A stretch of DNA of 64,000 nucleotides from the human T2T-CHM13v2.0 reference genome, Homo sapiens (GCF_009914755.1 NC_060930.1); one strand, 5' to 3'; numbered from the stretch's first letter, positions 1 to 13,605 are shown. Made by a program: numbers and translations. The notes: generated from the sequence alone by a model not told the origin.

Positions 1-176
1 GTTTTAGTACCAAAACGACCCTTAAAGAAGGCACTCACTGGAGCGTTTTGGATGTTGGATATCAGATTAGGGATGCTCAGCCAGAATGAATTCTGCAAAT
101 ATTCCAAAATCAAAAAAAATTTGAAATCTGAAACACTTCTGGTTCCAAGTATTTCAAATAAGGGACACTCAACCTG
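1..176 (-). mobile_element. Tigger4a/b (MER46/Zombi) DNA transposon fossil, cut by window edge
   Basis: Reverse strand reads CAGGTTGAGTGTCCCTTATTTGAAATACTTGGAACCAGAAGTGTTTCAGATTTC..., matching the recalled Tigger4 terminus. Confidence 0.8.
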
Positions 177-515
177 CACTTAGTGAGTGATGCCAGGGAG
201 TGGTACCAGTCACTGTTCTAGGCACTGAGGGTGCGTTGGAGACAAAGTGACAGCAACGTCCATGCTTCTTCCTCGCAGAGGACAGAGCCATGAGGAGGGA
301 GAGTCTCTTCACTTCTCTGGGCCTTAGTTTCCTCCCCAGGCAAATAAACTGAGGAGGCTGTACCCAAATAAACATCGTCAGAGCTTAGGGGAATCATGTG
401 GAGTGCCTGTTTGTCTTAAACACAAGCATTTCTTTAAGGTTCCTTAAAAAAAAAAAAGAAAAGAAAAGCTAAAAATGTTAATGACCTCTGCATTTTATTT
501 TCTGGTATGTCCAGG

Positions 516-1165
<650 letters not shown>

Positions 1166-1209
1166 TAAACCCCACAAAATTTAAAATTCTTTGTAGAGTA
1201 GAAATGATG

Positions 1210-1305
1210 CTCTGGGAAAATACCCCCTGGGCAGGTGGTGGCTGCACATCCACTCTGGGAAAATACCCCCTGGGCAGGTGGTGGCTGCACACCCACTCTG
1301 GGAAA
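1210..1305. repeat. 43-bp tandem repeat, ~2.2 copies
   Basis: CTCTGGGAAA unit starts at 1210, 1253 and 1296; first two units differ at one base. Confidence 0.95.
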
Positions 1306-2459
1306 CACTCTTCAGCTCGAAGATGGAGACCCTCTTTTCCTGCTCTCACACAACATGGGGATAACGTTGACGCGTTCTTGGTAGGCAGTGCAGTAGGCAA
1401 CATATCCAGACGCTGGGTGCCAGTGGTAGGCAGGAGAAACCACCGAGTGGGAGCAGATTTTCAGAAAAGGGAAACTAGAAAAAAACTTCCCAGCTGTGTC
1501 TCAGACAGGCCCTGTGGTCTGAGCTCCCATCCTTGACAAATGAGATTACTGAATGCGTGTTTAGCAGTTCCAAACGCTATTCATGATCCGACGTGACCCT
1601 CTAGTCTCTCAGACAGAGCGCAGCCCTGTTGCACAGGTGTGGAAATGGAAGCAAACAGGGAAGGTAACTTGCTGAAGGTCACACAAGCAGGACCTCGAAC
1701 CATGGCCCCTAACACCGATCGGGCACTTCTTCCCCTGTTCTGTTTCTCCTCTCTGGGACCTAAAATCCCTAAAAATTCCCTAAAAGTGGAGGTGTGCTGG
1801 AAGAGTCACAGATGGCTCTGTTTTGTTTATCAGGAAATTGAGCAAGGTGCCTAACGGAAACCAAAAGGGCACCGGGGCACGTACACATGCCCTGACTTTG
1901 TTTCTCTCTTTGGCTGGTGTAACTGCTGCTACATGGACAGCGGAGCACACTGATGACTTCACAAGACTGATGCTGAGCGCCCCTCCTTGCGGCAGATCCT
2001 GCACCTCCTTCTTCTCCACACTCACTTGCAGGCATAGGTTGCTGCCTGGCTGGTTCCATGTCGCCGGGTCTCTACCCTGAGCCCGTTGCAACACAGTCAG
2101 GGCTTCCAGGGTAAACTATGCTGGGAGTCCCCTAGGAAGAAGAAAGGGGAAGGGCTGAATTCTAAAGAAAGCCCAAGACCTCTTCATGAAGCACCTCTCT
2201 TTCTCTGCTTTAGAGATTGCCCCAGGGCTGCTGGGGCCGAGCACCAGCTCCCCATCAAGGCCCTGGAGAGGCGCTGGCAGCTTTCTGTCTTCTCTGCAGA
2301 CCTTTGGTTCCTCCTGCCCCTCGTCCTTGGCAGAAGGAGCCTCAGTTTCCCAGTCTGTAAGGTGCCAATAATCATAAGCTACCTCAATGGTGTTTTCCTT
2401 TGAATTTTGAGAATTTTGAGAATGGAAACTTGACTATCTTCATCTCTCTTCCTATACCC

Positions 2460-2830
2460 CCCATTGACACGTGAATCAGCGTTTCTCAGAATACTGCAGG
2501 TTTGGAGTGTGTGTGGCGGAGGAGGGCGGAGCAGCGTGGAAGGTGGAGAGGTGGGCGGTGTCGGGGATATCAGCAGGGCAGTGGGCATTGGAGGGGTGCC
2601 CTTGGCCTCAGCCACAGGGCCGTTCCAGAGCCCTGCGTGGGCGAGGCCAGGGCGGCGCGTGATGGTGCCCTCCGAGAAGCACTGGGACCAGCAGGAAAGG
2701 CTGCCTGCCGGTGCGCAGGAAAAGGGAAGAGAGCCGGGGAATTGCTTTTTGACCCGTAAGGGAGCGTTTCTTGGTGGATGGGGAAATCAAAAAATTGACT
2801 ACGGTGTAGTCAGCTACATCGTGTACCAAT
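2460..2830 (+). promoter_or_regulatory. CpG-rich promoter/enhancer-like segment
   Basis: Local CpG excess, E-box CACGTG ~2468, several GGGCGG GC boxes (~2524, ~2553, ~2650); no repeat recognised. Confidence 0.4.
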
Positions 2831-4057
2831 TTTCAAATACCGGTGAGATCAGTAAAAAGAGAAAGGGAAGGAGATCACAGATAGCATGAAACCAAGCCAT
2901 CAATAATGAAAGTACCACTGGTTACTGAGCAGCGTCTGCTTCTAACTGACTTTGCTGGGGGAGGGGCGAGACAGGTACAAGCAAAAACAGCAACGACAGC
3001 GCAGCAGTTGCTTCATGTGAGTAATAATTGAATGGTACGAGGCTCTTCCACATTCATGTATTGAAGGCCCAAGTGCGGCCAAGGTCTCCCTGGTTCCTGA
3101 GGTTTGTTTCATGCTGGGTTCCTTATACTCCAGATGTCGGGAGGGACCCTCAGGGGCCGAGGTGCCCACACCTGTGCTCCCTGCATGACAGACTTCCTGG
3201 GGTCTTGGCTCCCAGTCTGTCCTCATCCTCTACACACACCCAAATGTGGAAGTCACCCCCAGCTTGAGTGAATCCCACACCCTCAGACCATTGGCCATGA
3301 TATTACGTGTGTTGCAAAATATCAAGGATTCAGCTGAGAGGCTCTCGCAGTGGACGGCTCAGAGGCCGAGTCACACACTGCCCAGGCTTTCCCTGGGGGG
3401 CCCTGGCCCGGGGGCCCCCTGCCTTAAGATGCCCTTCCTCTCCTCCCTCAGTCTCCCACTGTCTTCAACTCGGGCCCTCACTCTGCTTATCATAGACCCC
3501 AAAATGCCTCTGCTCAAACAAATGGCTTGACCTGTTAGCGATATAGAAAAGTGAGCGGATCCTTTGAACATGTTCGTTTCTCCTTTTCTCCACCCACCCT
3601 GCGCCATTTCCCATTTCTCTAAGTGCCTGGAATGTGTGGAGAGTCTCCTGATGATATGATGCCAGCTGTGCCCAGCTCCCTGGAACACAACATAGGGAAT
3701 TAACCAGTGTGTTCCTCTTTCCTCCGTTAGTGAAAATGAGTACTATTTAATAATGCAGTGACACAGGATTTGTTGCTGTTGCAGCACTTGCATGGCCATG
3801 CTCACCTTCACACCACGCGGAGGCCAAAGGCATTGTTCCCTCAGCTGCGGCCCTCTTCCCTCAGCAGCCCTGGCCATTCCACCATGGTGTAGTCCTCCTG
3901 CCCTTCTCCATCCTTCTGAATCCCATTCTGCCAGCTCCAGGGCTGCACGCCCTCTGGAATGACCACCCGCAGCTAGCCCAAGCTGCTCCTGCTGTTTATT
4001 TTCTTTGCACTTTGTTTAATTATTTCCCACATCTTGGTCCTCTCTCCTTGATTTCAG

Positions 4058-4559
4058 ATGGATTGCTGAAGACAGAGTGTATTTGTGGCTCCGCTCAGGC
4101 TGTACACAGACAGGGGCACTCAGCATCCGTGGGTCGTATTTCATTCTAGGGCCAGGAGCGCGGGCTACTGCGTCAGTGGGAAAGACGTGGAGATGAGTTC
4201 ATATTTACCTATTTCATGGTGAAATCTGCAAGGTCCCTAAGGCAATGGCTTTCTTGAATGGTGACAGCAACTGATGAGTCTGAAAAATCTTTGTGTCTCA
4301 CTTAGGATTTTTGCACAGCTGGTTTCATAATTCAGTTATTTTGATACAAAAGCGTTCTGCTCTAATTAGTAAAAAAAGACCAGGCGATAGTGTTTGCCTC
4401 TTGTTAGGTGGCTGCCCCATCCATGCCTTTCATTTCTGGAGTAGGTGCCCAGGAAATGTTTACTGAGTTGCACCAGTGAATGAACTCATGATGCCGGGAT
4501 TAGAAGGGGAAGCCCTTGGAGCCTCCTTCTGCCCCAGTTCTCAGCGTCCCTGGTGTTCA
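4058..4559 (+). ncRNA. Candidate non-coding exon
   Basis: Acceptor TCCTCTCTCCTTGATTTCAG| ending at 4057 and donor |GTAAGT at 4560; no long ORF inside; no expression evidence. Confidence 0.2.
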
Positions 4560-4849
4560 GTAAGTATTAGCTGGTCAGTGGAGTGCTGTGAATCTTTCCT
4601 CCTCTGGTCTGTTGTTCAGGTGATGGGAGTTTTGCAGACTACAGTGGGGTGCGGGGGGGTTCAGGAATCGGGTGCAGGGGCAGTTATTGTTTCCAGCTGG
4701 GTGAACTCCCCGTGGAGAATAGTCAGGGCAACCCTCGCCAGACAGTCTAGCAGATCGAAAGGCTCTTAGCTCTTCAGGAACCCTGTTAGTGGGCAGGGGG
4801 CTGGGGGGCAGCACTCCAACAGGAGGGTCCTGTGCTGCCTCTCCTGCAT

Positions 4850-4942
4850 GGCAGTGCCGCTGCTTTACCCCTAAACACTTCTGCACGTACTTCCCAAACA
4901 AGGACATTCTCCTGCATAACTAACTCCAATACCATTTCACAC
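4850..4942 (-). mobile_element. Old L1 (L1MC4/5-like) 3' fragment
   Basis: AACAAGGACATTCTCCTGCATAAC motif, also present in the fragment at ~13550. Confidence 0.5.
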
Positions 4943-5203
4943 CAGAGGGCTCTGTGTGCGGCTGTTTTTGGCACAGGAGTCCATCTTCGTGCCAAGCTAC
5001 ATGCCCCTCCCCATTCGGGCAGCTCTAGGCAGGCAGCACTCATTGTCTGTGTGGCTGGACAGAGAGCTGGGACTCCCTAAATCTCTGGGTTCCCAAGAGA
5101 CAGACCTTCAATGCTCTGAGCACCAATGATGTGGCTGGTTTCCCAGTGAGCTACAGTTTTCTGCCTTCCAAAAAACAGTGATTTAAAGAATGGGTGAATA
5201 AGA

Positions 5204-6165
<962 letters not shown>

Positions 6166-6380
6166 TAATGTTTTCATAGTATGTTTCCCCTAAAAATCTC
6201 AAGTGTTTCATCTCATGTCACCCACCAATCTCTGCTTGAACTAAGCTATCTACAAACATGAGAAGCAGCTTCCTATGGGGAAAAGAATATAAGAAAAAAA
6301 TTGTGTCTCTGTCATGTCGTACCCACATTACTTAGCCTCTCTGAGCTTGTGTCTTCACAGAGAATATGGCACCTTATGCT

Positions 6381-6508
6381 CAGGCATCAGATGAGCAAAG
6401 CCCTCTCTCACTCCCGTCCTGCACACGCCTTGCACACACTTCCACACAGGCATCAGATGAGCAAAGCCCTCTCTCACTCCCGTCCTGCACACACCTTGCA
6501 CACACTTC
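6381..6508. repeat. 66-bp tandem duplication, 2 copies
   Basis: CAGGCATCAGATGAGCAAAGCCC... at 6381 and 6447; gives the 22-aa repeat in ORF 6301..6561. Confidence 0.95.
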
Positions 6509-6639
6509 CTACTTGTCAGAGTCTTTTTAGTTTTCTCACACATTATTTCAGAGTAACTTAGCAATAATAGCACTTACAGGCCAATTATATTTGTTTCTTC
6601 TGGATTCACTTTATTCTGACCAAGTAGACTGTCATAAAC

Positions 6640-7400
6640 AGATATAGACAGAAGACAGGGAAATACTGGGTAGAAGCGGGCGGTTCCCTGGCAAAGGCCC
6701 CAGCCTCAAACCTGGAAACCTGCAGCCCTACACGAGAATGAGCATTCTCGTTTTCATGCCCAAAAGTTGCCTTCTGGCCCACCATGGCCCCCATCCTGTA
6801 CCCATATAAACCCCAACCCACAAGTTCCACTAGCAGTCAAGGAGATGAACTGAAGAGCAGAAGATCAGCAGAATGGCTCAGCAGAGAGAAGACAAGGGGC
6901 ATCTGAATGTCGAGGGGTGTTCGACTGGGGATAGTAAGAGAGGAGATCAGCCGATGATGGCCAAATTCCAGGGGAAGATAATCTTCCCACTCCCTCCTCC
7001 TTCCAGCTCCCCATCCATCCCAGTGAAAGCCGCCTCTACCACCCAATAAAATCCCTGCATTCATCCTTCAAGTCCGTGTGTGACCTGATTCTTCCTGGAC
7101 ATGGGACAAGGACCTGGGTATTAAGGGGGCACTGAGCTGGTTAACACTTAAGCCGTCTGTGGATGGCAAAGCTAAAAGAGTGCACTGTAACACACGCCCA
7201 CTTGGGCTTCAGGAGCCTCAGGCACACACTCCTGGATGCTTCCATGGGACTGGAGCCCAGGGGTGTTCACCCCAGCTCTTGCACCAGCCCATCTGCGTGC
7301 TCCCCCTCCCATAAGGCTTTTGAGCAGGTGCCGCATGAACAGACAAGCCACACCGCTTTTGCTTGTCCTGCAAGGGGTCTCAGGGAACTCTCCTGTTTCA
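6640..7400 (+). mobile_element. Solo LTR, LTR1 family (ERV1, HUERS-P2 type)
   Basis: Starts GATATAGACAGAAGACAGGGAAATACTGGGTAGAAG and ends GGGAACTCTCCTGTTTCA; TATAAA at 6805, AATAAA at 7045. Confidence 0.8.
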
Positions 7401-8019
7401 ACATCATCTAGCAAAATAAGTCAAATCAACAGGTTTCCTCCAGAGTCCTCATGGAAGTCCTCAGTGGCAGAGCAGCCCACGTGCAAGTGCCTCAGATGCA
7501 CCGGCCTCTTGGCCATCCTCATTGTCCTCAGCTCACCTGTGCTGAGGGGGACTCTGGGGAGAGAGGTGGAGAGGGACTCAGTCTTGAGGAAGGTTGGCTA
7601 GGGGCCAAGAAGGGAGAAGGTGAATAGGAAGGTCCATGGAAGGACTGGGCAGTGGGACTCATGGAGTAGTGAGGGTTGACATCCTCTTTTCACACTGCAA
7701 TCCTCGCATGATGCCCTCCAGCCTGAAGAGGTGCATTAATCATGCGGACTTAATTTGAGCTGTGCCGAAGGAACAAAGGGAAAGGTGAGGAACAAGGCCT
7801 ACTGGGCACCATGGCAATATGGGGGAAGGCTGGCAGCCAGGGCCAGGACACGGGATAGGAACTGCCAGAAGACATGCGAAGACCCACTGCAGGCCTAGGG
7901 ATGGGGTCTCAGGTGGACTGATTCACCTCTGTGGCCCCAACATCTCTTAAAGTGCTCAGGAGAGAGATCCAAACCATCTTCAATAATTTTAAGTCCTCAA
8001 GCCACCTCCAAACACATAC

Positions 8020-8200
8020 ACCAGTAGCAACGTGGCCTTGGGAAAAGGACCCCACTGGTCCAAGTGTCAGTTTGCTCACCTGCAAAACGGGAATGAAGAT
8101 AGTATCTCCCTCCTGGGTGATGCTGTGAGGACTAAATGAGATTATGTTTCAAAGAGTTAAACGCAGCACGGACACTCAGGAAGGTCTCACTGAATAAAGG
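8020..8200 (+). mobile_element. MIR
   Basis: Core TCAGTTTGCTCACCTGCAAAACGGGAATGAAGATAGTA...GTGAGGACTAAATGAGAT. Confidence 0.75.
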
Positions 8201-8809
8201 TCAGTTTTTATGAAGCCACGGGTGATGGTCAAGACTCATGGTATGCGCTGCCGGAGAAGATGAACAATTAGTCAAATTAGGAAAACAACTGATTGGCCAA
8301 ACAAGGGGACACAGGTCAGCCCAGGCAGTTATTTAAATTATGTAGATCAGAAAGAAGCCTGGCTGTTCGCTTGACTTCTCAGTTTTTTAGTCTGCAGTGG
8401 CAGGTTTGGCAGACCACTGGTCTCGGGAGATTGTTGTAGCATCAGGAAGAGCATGCAGTGTCCCCTCTGCCAAGACCAATCTTGGCCAACAGTGGGAATA
8501 AGAAGTGATGACCAGTGCCTGGTTTACTGGCGGGCTGCCATGAAAGAAGGATCCTCCCAGCAATCATTGCAATTCCCCAAAGTGCAAACTTGGTCAAGTA
8601 GCCAGAAGGTGTGAAAGGCACCTTTGCTTGCCAGCCTGTGGCAGCCAGCTTAGATCTCACTATGAGCTTCTGCTGTGGCACAGGCTGGCAGGCTGCTCCT
8701 GTACTGACTCAAGGAACCATGACGACCTTCTGACTCACCGGCACCTCTTCCTGCTGCTTCTCTGTACAACGAGTCCCCCTCCCCAAGAGCTAACCCATGA
8801 TAAAGATCA

Positions 8810-9035
8810 CAACCAACAGTTGTTAAACGTGTACTAGGTGTCAGGCAACTACTAGGTGCCAAGGTGTTATTTCATCATCACGAGAGCCCTGTGAAGTGTG
8901 TGCACTTATTATACCCTCGCTCTGCAGGAGGAGCCCGGAGTGCCACTGGGTAAATGGCCCGAGACCACAGTTTCTAGGTAGCAGCTAACGTGCAAACCCA
9001 AACTTGTGGCTCCCAAGTCCCCATTCTTAACAGCT
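8810..9035 (-). mobile_element. MIR (degenerate)
   Basis: Antisense MIR layout ending ...CAAACCCAAACTTGTGGCTCCCAAGTCCCCATTCTTAAC. Confidence 0.55.
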
Positions 9036-9204
9036 GGACAATGGAGAATGAACAGCTCTCAGCCCACATAATGTAGTGTTAGGATCAATATCGTAGTTAA
9101 TAGATTAAATAAGGGCCCATCTGGTATGATTTGAAAGGCAGCTAATGTCTGTTTATTTAAAACAAACAAGCAACAACTACTAAAATACAGTCCATATTTT
9201 CTGA

Positions 9205-9594
<390 letters not shown>

Positions 9595-9779
9595 TAAATA
9601 TGTTCTACTGCTGGGGAACTGTGCTGGGCCTCCCTGGTCATTCTGAAGCACGTAAAAGTCTGAGAGCCACTGCCCTGGGGGCGTCTTCATGCTGCCGGCT
9701 TCAACTACCTTGTATGGATGCCCCAGAAGTCTCTGTTCTGTTTCCTGAGCTCTACATTTTAAAATACTTTCAGACATGC

Positions 9780-9838
9780 TATATGCTTAAATGTATATTT
9801 TATATAGATATATATTACATATATATTTATATATTTTT
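9780..9838. repeat. (TA)n-rich low complexity
   Basis: Direct reading. Confidence 0.85.
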
Positions 9839-9899
9839 GGTACTTTTTTTCCCTGAGATAGACTCATTATCCGCGTAGTTTGACAATGTCTTCGCCTAG

Positions 9900-10500
9900 C
9901 TATTCCTCTGGCTCTTGGCAAAACCTGAAAATCAAACTTGTCTTGTCTTATCCTAACCAGGCCGTCTTCTGACTTCTCTGTTTTAGTCCGTGTCTGCACC
10001 ATTTTCTTCAACACCCAAACTGGAAAACTCCCGTCATCTGGGGTTCTCCCTTCAGCTGTGCTCTCCATGTCCAGGTAGTTGTTGAATGATGTAGATCCTG
10101 TCTTTGGAAGGTCCCTTGGTTCCACCCTGTGGTTTCATCCTTGTTCGAGCTCTGCTACCAGCAACCATCCTTCCCATCCCTCCCACCACCACCAGGGGGC
10201 TCGGCCAATGGCCTGTGCTGATGGCGCCTGCCTGGGCGCCAGCCTCCCTCCACCTACATGCCCTTCACCGCTCTGGTCACGCCCTTCCCCTGAACAGGTA
10301 GGGCTCATCCACAGAATGCCTCTAACCTACCCCACGTCTTCTCCCAGCCACGTGGGCCAGATGCTGTTTCCCAGGCAAGCCTGAGTCTTCCTGTCCTCAC
10401 CGCAGCCCATGAAGTTCTCTCCTTCCTTTCCACATAAACACCCTTCATTTGTCCTCTTCAGGACCTCCCAGAGGCTCACATTCACCAGAGCCTTGGCCAG
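9900..10500 (+). mobile_element. L2 fragment (degenerate)
   Basis: Pyrimidine-rich L2-like blocks (TGTCCAGGTAGTTG, CCAGCCTCCCT, CCTCTTCAGGACCTCCCAGAGGCTC). Confidence 0.45.
10189..10202 (+). promoter_or_regulatory. CTCF-like motif
   Basis: CCACCAGGGGGCTC versus core CCASYAGRKGGCRS. Confidence 0.45.
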
Positions 10501-10689
10501 TTACTCTTAAACAGCTCTGTGCCAGGTCTAAGAGCAGGCTTGGGGACGGGGCACCTGAGCCTGAACCTGAACCCTCCACTTAGGAGCTGGGTGGTTACAG
10601 AGACGTCAGCTCTGAAAGAGGGTTGGGCTGCACTGAGGGGAGGATCTGGAATGGTGGGAATCAGGCTGACATGGATCCAGATGAACATG

Positions 10690-10860
10690 TATTTGAAATT
10701 TGGCACTGCCCATGGCTAGCTGCATGGCCATGGTCAAAGTCACCAGGCTGTAATTTGATTTTCTCATCTGCAAAAAGTGGGAGCGATAATGGCTCTCTTG
10801 GAGGACGGTTGTGAGGGTTGGAATGAAATGTCGAGCGTGTGGTGCAGACGCCTCCACAGC
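10690..10860 (+). mobile_element. MIR
   Basis: TTTTCTCATCTGCAAAAAGTGGG...GGTTGTGAGGGTTGGAATGA core. Confidence 0.65.
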
Positions 10861-13344
10861 GGCAGTGCTCCCCAGGCTCTGAAGCATGGAACCCACGGGC
10901 TGTGCTTACCTCGTCAGTCCCTCGGACCCCCTGAATGTGTTTGCAGACATTTGCCATGCTTTCTCTGGGTTCAAGATTGTGTTCTCCAAGACTAAGTTGT
11001 GAGTTCCCTGCCACAGGGACTGTTTCTAACTTATCTTTGTAGAGCCTAGTGCACTGCCCAGCACACACAAACAGCTCAGGAGATGTTGGATGTAGTTAAA
11101 TTCAAGGAGAAAAGAGGCACCCCAGGCAGGTGTGAAGCGTGGGAGGGGTGCCTTTGGAGGCCCTGCTGGGGAGGCCCCGGGGACAGCCAGGGGGCAGACT
11201 GAGAACAGCCAGGCCTGAGGGACCAGACCAGCTGGTGATCGGGGGTTTTTAGAATTTGCCAACCTCTTGACTGGCCTGGTTGGGCTAGATGCTGAGAGGC
11301 TGTGAGCTTCCCTGTGGTGGGGGTCCTGAGGCAGCAGGGCCTGCAGCCAGCCCGCTGGAGTTCAAATTCAGGCCCCGCCCCTCGCTAGCTCCCTAGGCCT
11401 GGGCTTACTTACCCATGCAGCTAAGTGAGGGTGACGTGACTCGCTCCACTGAGCCTTGGAGATGACGCCGTCTCTGTTCATTGCCTGCCGTGAAGCTTCT
11501 CGTCTTGGAAGGTCATGACTGAGAGGTTTCAGGGGAAATGTTTGAAGGGCAGGATTAGCCTAATCTTGAATCCCTTAGGAACTCCACCATATTACATTAC
11601 CTCTTTGGTTACAGGAAACCCCCCTCAGGGCCCCTGTCCTCCCAAGGGCTATTAATGCAGATACCAACTACTGGAAGTGATATGCTCCAGAGGAGGCTGG
11701 TGACCACCTGCATTCAGGTCCCTGTGGACTGGAGGGACAGCAAGAGGTCACGGCTGGGCCGTGCTACTCAGAGTCCCGCACAAGCCAAGTCATCCCACAG
11801 CCACCGTGTTGTTGCCCAAGTGAACACCTGAAGGGAGCCTCAGCCGGGGCTTGTCCGACTCCAAAATCCATCCTCTGTCCCCGAGGCCAGGCTGACTCAA
11901 AGATGGAGGGGACCTCGTTGTCTCAGTTCTCAGGAAGCTCGAAGGCTAATCTGTTTTCGCAGAAGAAATGAACTCACCAATTGACATGATCAGAAGGAAG
12001 AATGACCCAAAATTCAAATCTAAAAAGCCCCAAATTCCTTACTAATAGACTGCCTCTCACCAGCTTCTATTAAGTGAGAAAACATCTTTTCCCCCCACTG
12101 TTTTTTCTCCCTTCTGAAAAGAGGAACAGAGCAAAGACCTGAAAAAAAATCTCTCCACATAGCTGTTGCCCAGCCACCTGTACTTTGGAGAAAGAGCAGA
12201 AATGGGTACGAAAGGCTCCTGCTGTCTAATTAAGGCTGGAATTCCCATCACAGAAGCAGAGCTGGAGCCAAGGGAGCTGTGCAGGGACTTCTAGATCCCA
12301 CCATGCACAGTAGGTGTGTGGGCTCCCAGGCAGGGGCACCGGATCTCCTGAGGGAAAGGGCCCCTCCAGCACCAGCTTGCATGCTGGAGGGAGGAGCTGC
12401 AAAGGGCCTGGAGAGGCCAGGGCTTCTCCTTGGCAGGGTGGGCCCAAAATTTGGTACTGATCTGTTGGCTTCAGATATAGTTAATGTGTGACATCAACAC
12501 TTAGCATTGAAGGGGCTTAATATCCCCACCGTAGCACCCAGTTATATCCCAGCAGGTTTAATCTGCAAGAAATGACCAGACTGGAAGAAACAGGGCAGCC
12601 CATCATAGAACACCAGCGCTGGAGGCACCTTGGAGAGGTAGTTGGTCCTACCCACCTCATTTTGCAGGTGGAGACTGAGCCCCAGAGACGTGAAGCAACA
12701 TGCCTAGGGTCACACAGCAACAGCACACAGTAGGACCAGGCCAAATTCTCTTGCTCCATCACTTTGGGAACAGTGCAGCACAGCACCAGCAGGAAGTGAG
12801 GAGCTCCTGTGTGGACCCCGAGCAGCCCTGCAGATATGGTTATCTCCAGAGTCACGGCCCTCACAACCCTCTCCCCAGCTTCTGAGTCTGTCCCTTCTTA
12901 GCCTGGAGTAGTGAGATGGATGCACCGGCATCTTTGACAGCCACGGTTGTTCCGATTCATGTCCCCCCGCCTGCACCCCCGCTCGCTTCCCGCTTCCCGC
13001 TTCTGTCCTGCCCACACAGAATGGGGAACTGGAGCCGGGGCCAGGGGCTGAGCCGCTGTGTGAGCCCGAGTGATGAGTCAGCGTTCATTGAGCAAACGGA
13101 GAGAGGCAGAATGAATGAGTAAATGGTCTGTATTTTCTTTGCTACAATTTAATGTCCTAATATATAAAAGTGTGTGAGATTTTAAAAATATGAACACCAG
13201 AAAAAATTATCTCACATATCTGCACTTCTCTAATCATATATAATCTTTTCATGAATTTGGGTTGCATTTTATATCCTTAAATATTATATTGTACATTGAT
13301 TCATATAGGTCCTGTATTTTTGTTACAGTTATTCCTAAGTATTT

Positions 13345-13605
13345 TCCCCAATTTTTTTAAATATTTCAAACTCACAAAAAAGATAAAAGAATAGTACAAA
13401 GAACCGCTGTTTGACCTTCACTGTAGATTGATGAATTATTAACATTGGCCGTATTTGCACTCTCTCTGCCCCTCTCTCTTTGTTTTAGAAACCACTTGAA
13501 AGTAAGTTGCACAGGCCATATTTAAAAATTTCTGGATGTTTCCTAACAACAAGGACATTCTCCTACAAAACCACAATATTATAATCACACCCAGGAACTT
13601 TAACG
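13345..13605 (-). mobile_element. Old L1 (L1MC4/5-like) 3' end
   Basis: TTTCAAAC..AAAAGAATAGTACAA..., GAACCACTTGAAAGTAAGTTGCA, AACAAGGACATTCTCCTAC. Confidence 0.65.

Noticed and set aside
1-16. GTTTTAGTACCAAAAC resembles ends of type II CRISPR repeats
   Set aside because: Single occurrence inside a Tigger4 fossil in primate DNA; no array or cas genes
2464-2889. 141-aa ORF over the CpG-rich segment
   Set aside because: Non-ATG start, Gly-rich composition expected of GC-rich DNA, no recognisable domain
3395-3420. GGGGGCCC/GGGCCCCC stem
   Set aside because: Low-complexity G/C runs; expected by chance
6301-6561. ORF with a 22-aa His-rich repeat
   Set aside because: Explained by the 66-bp DNA duplication; non-ATG start
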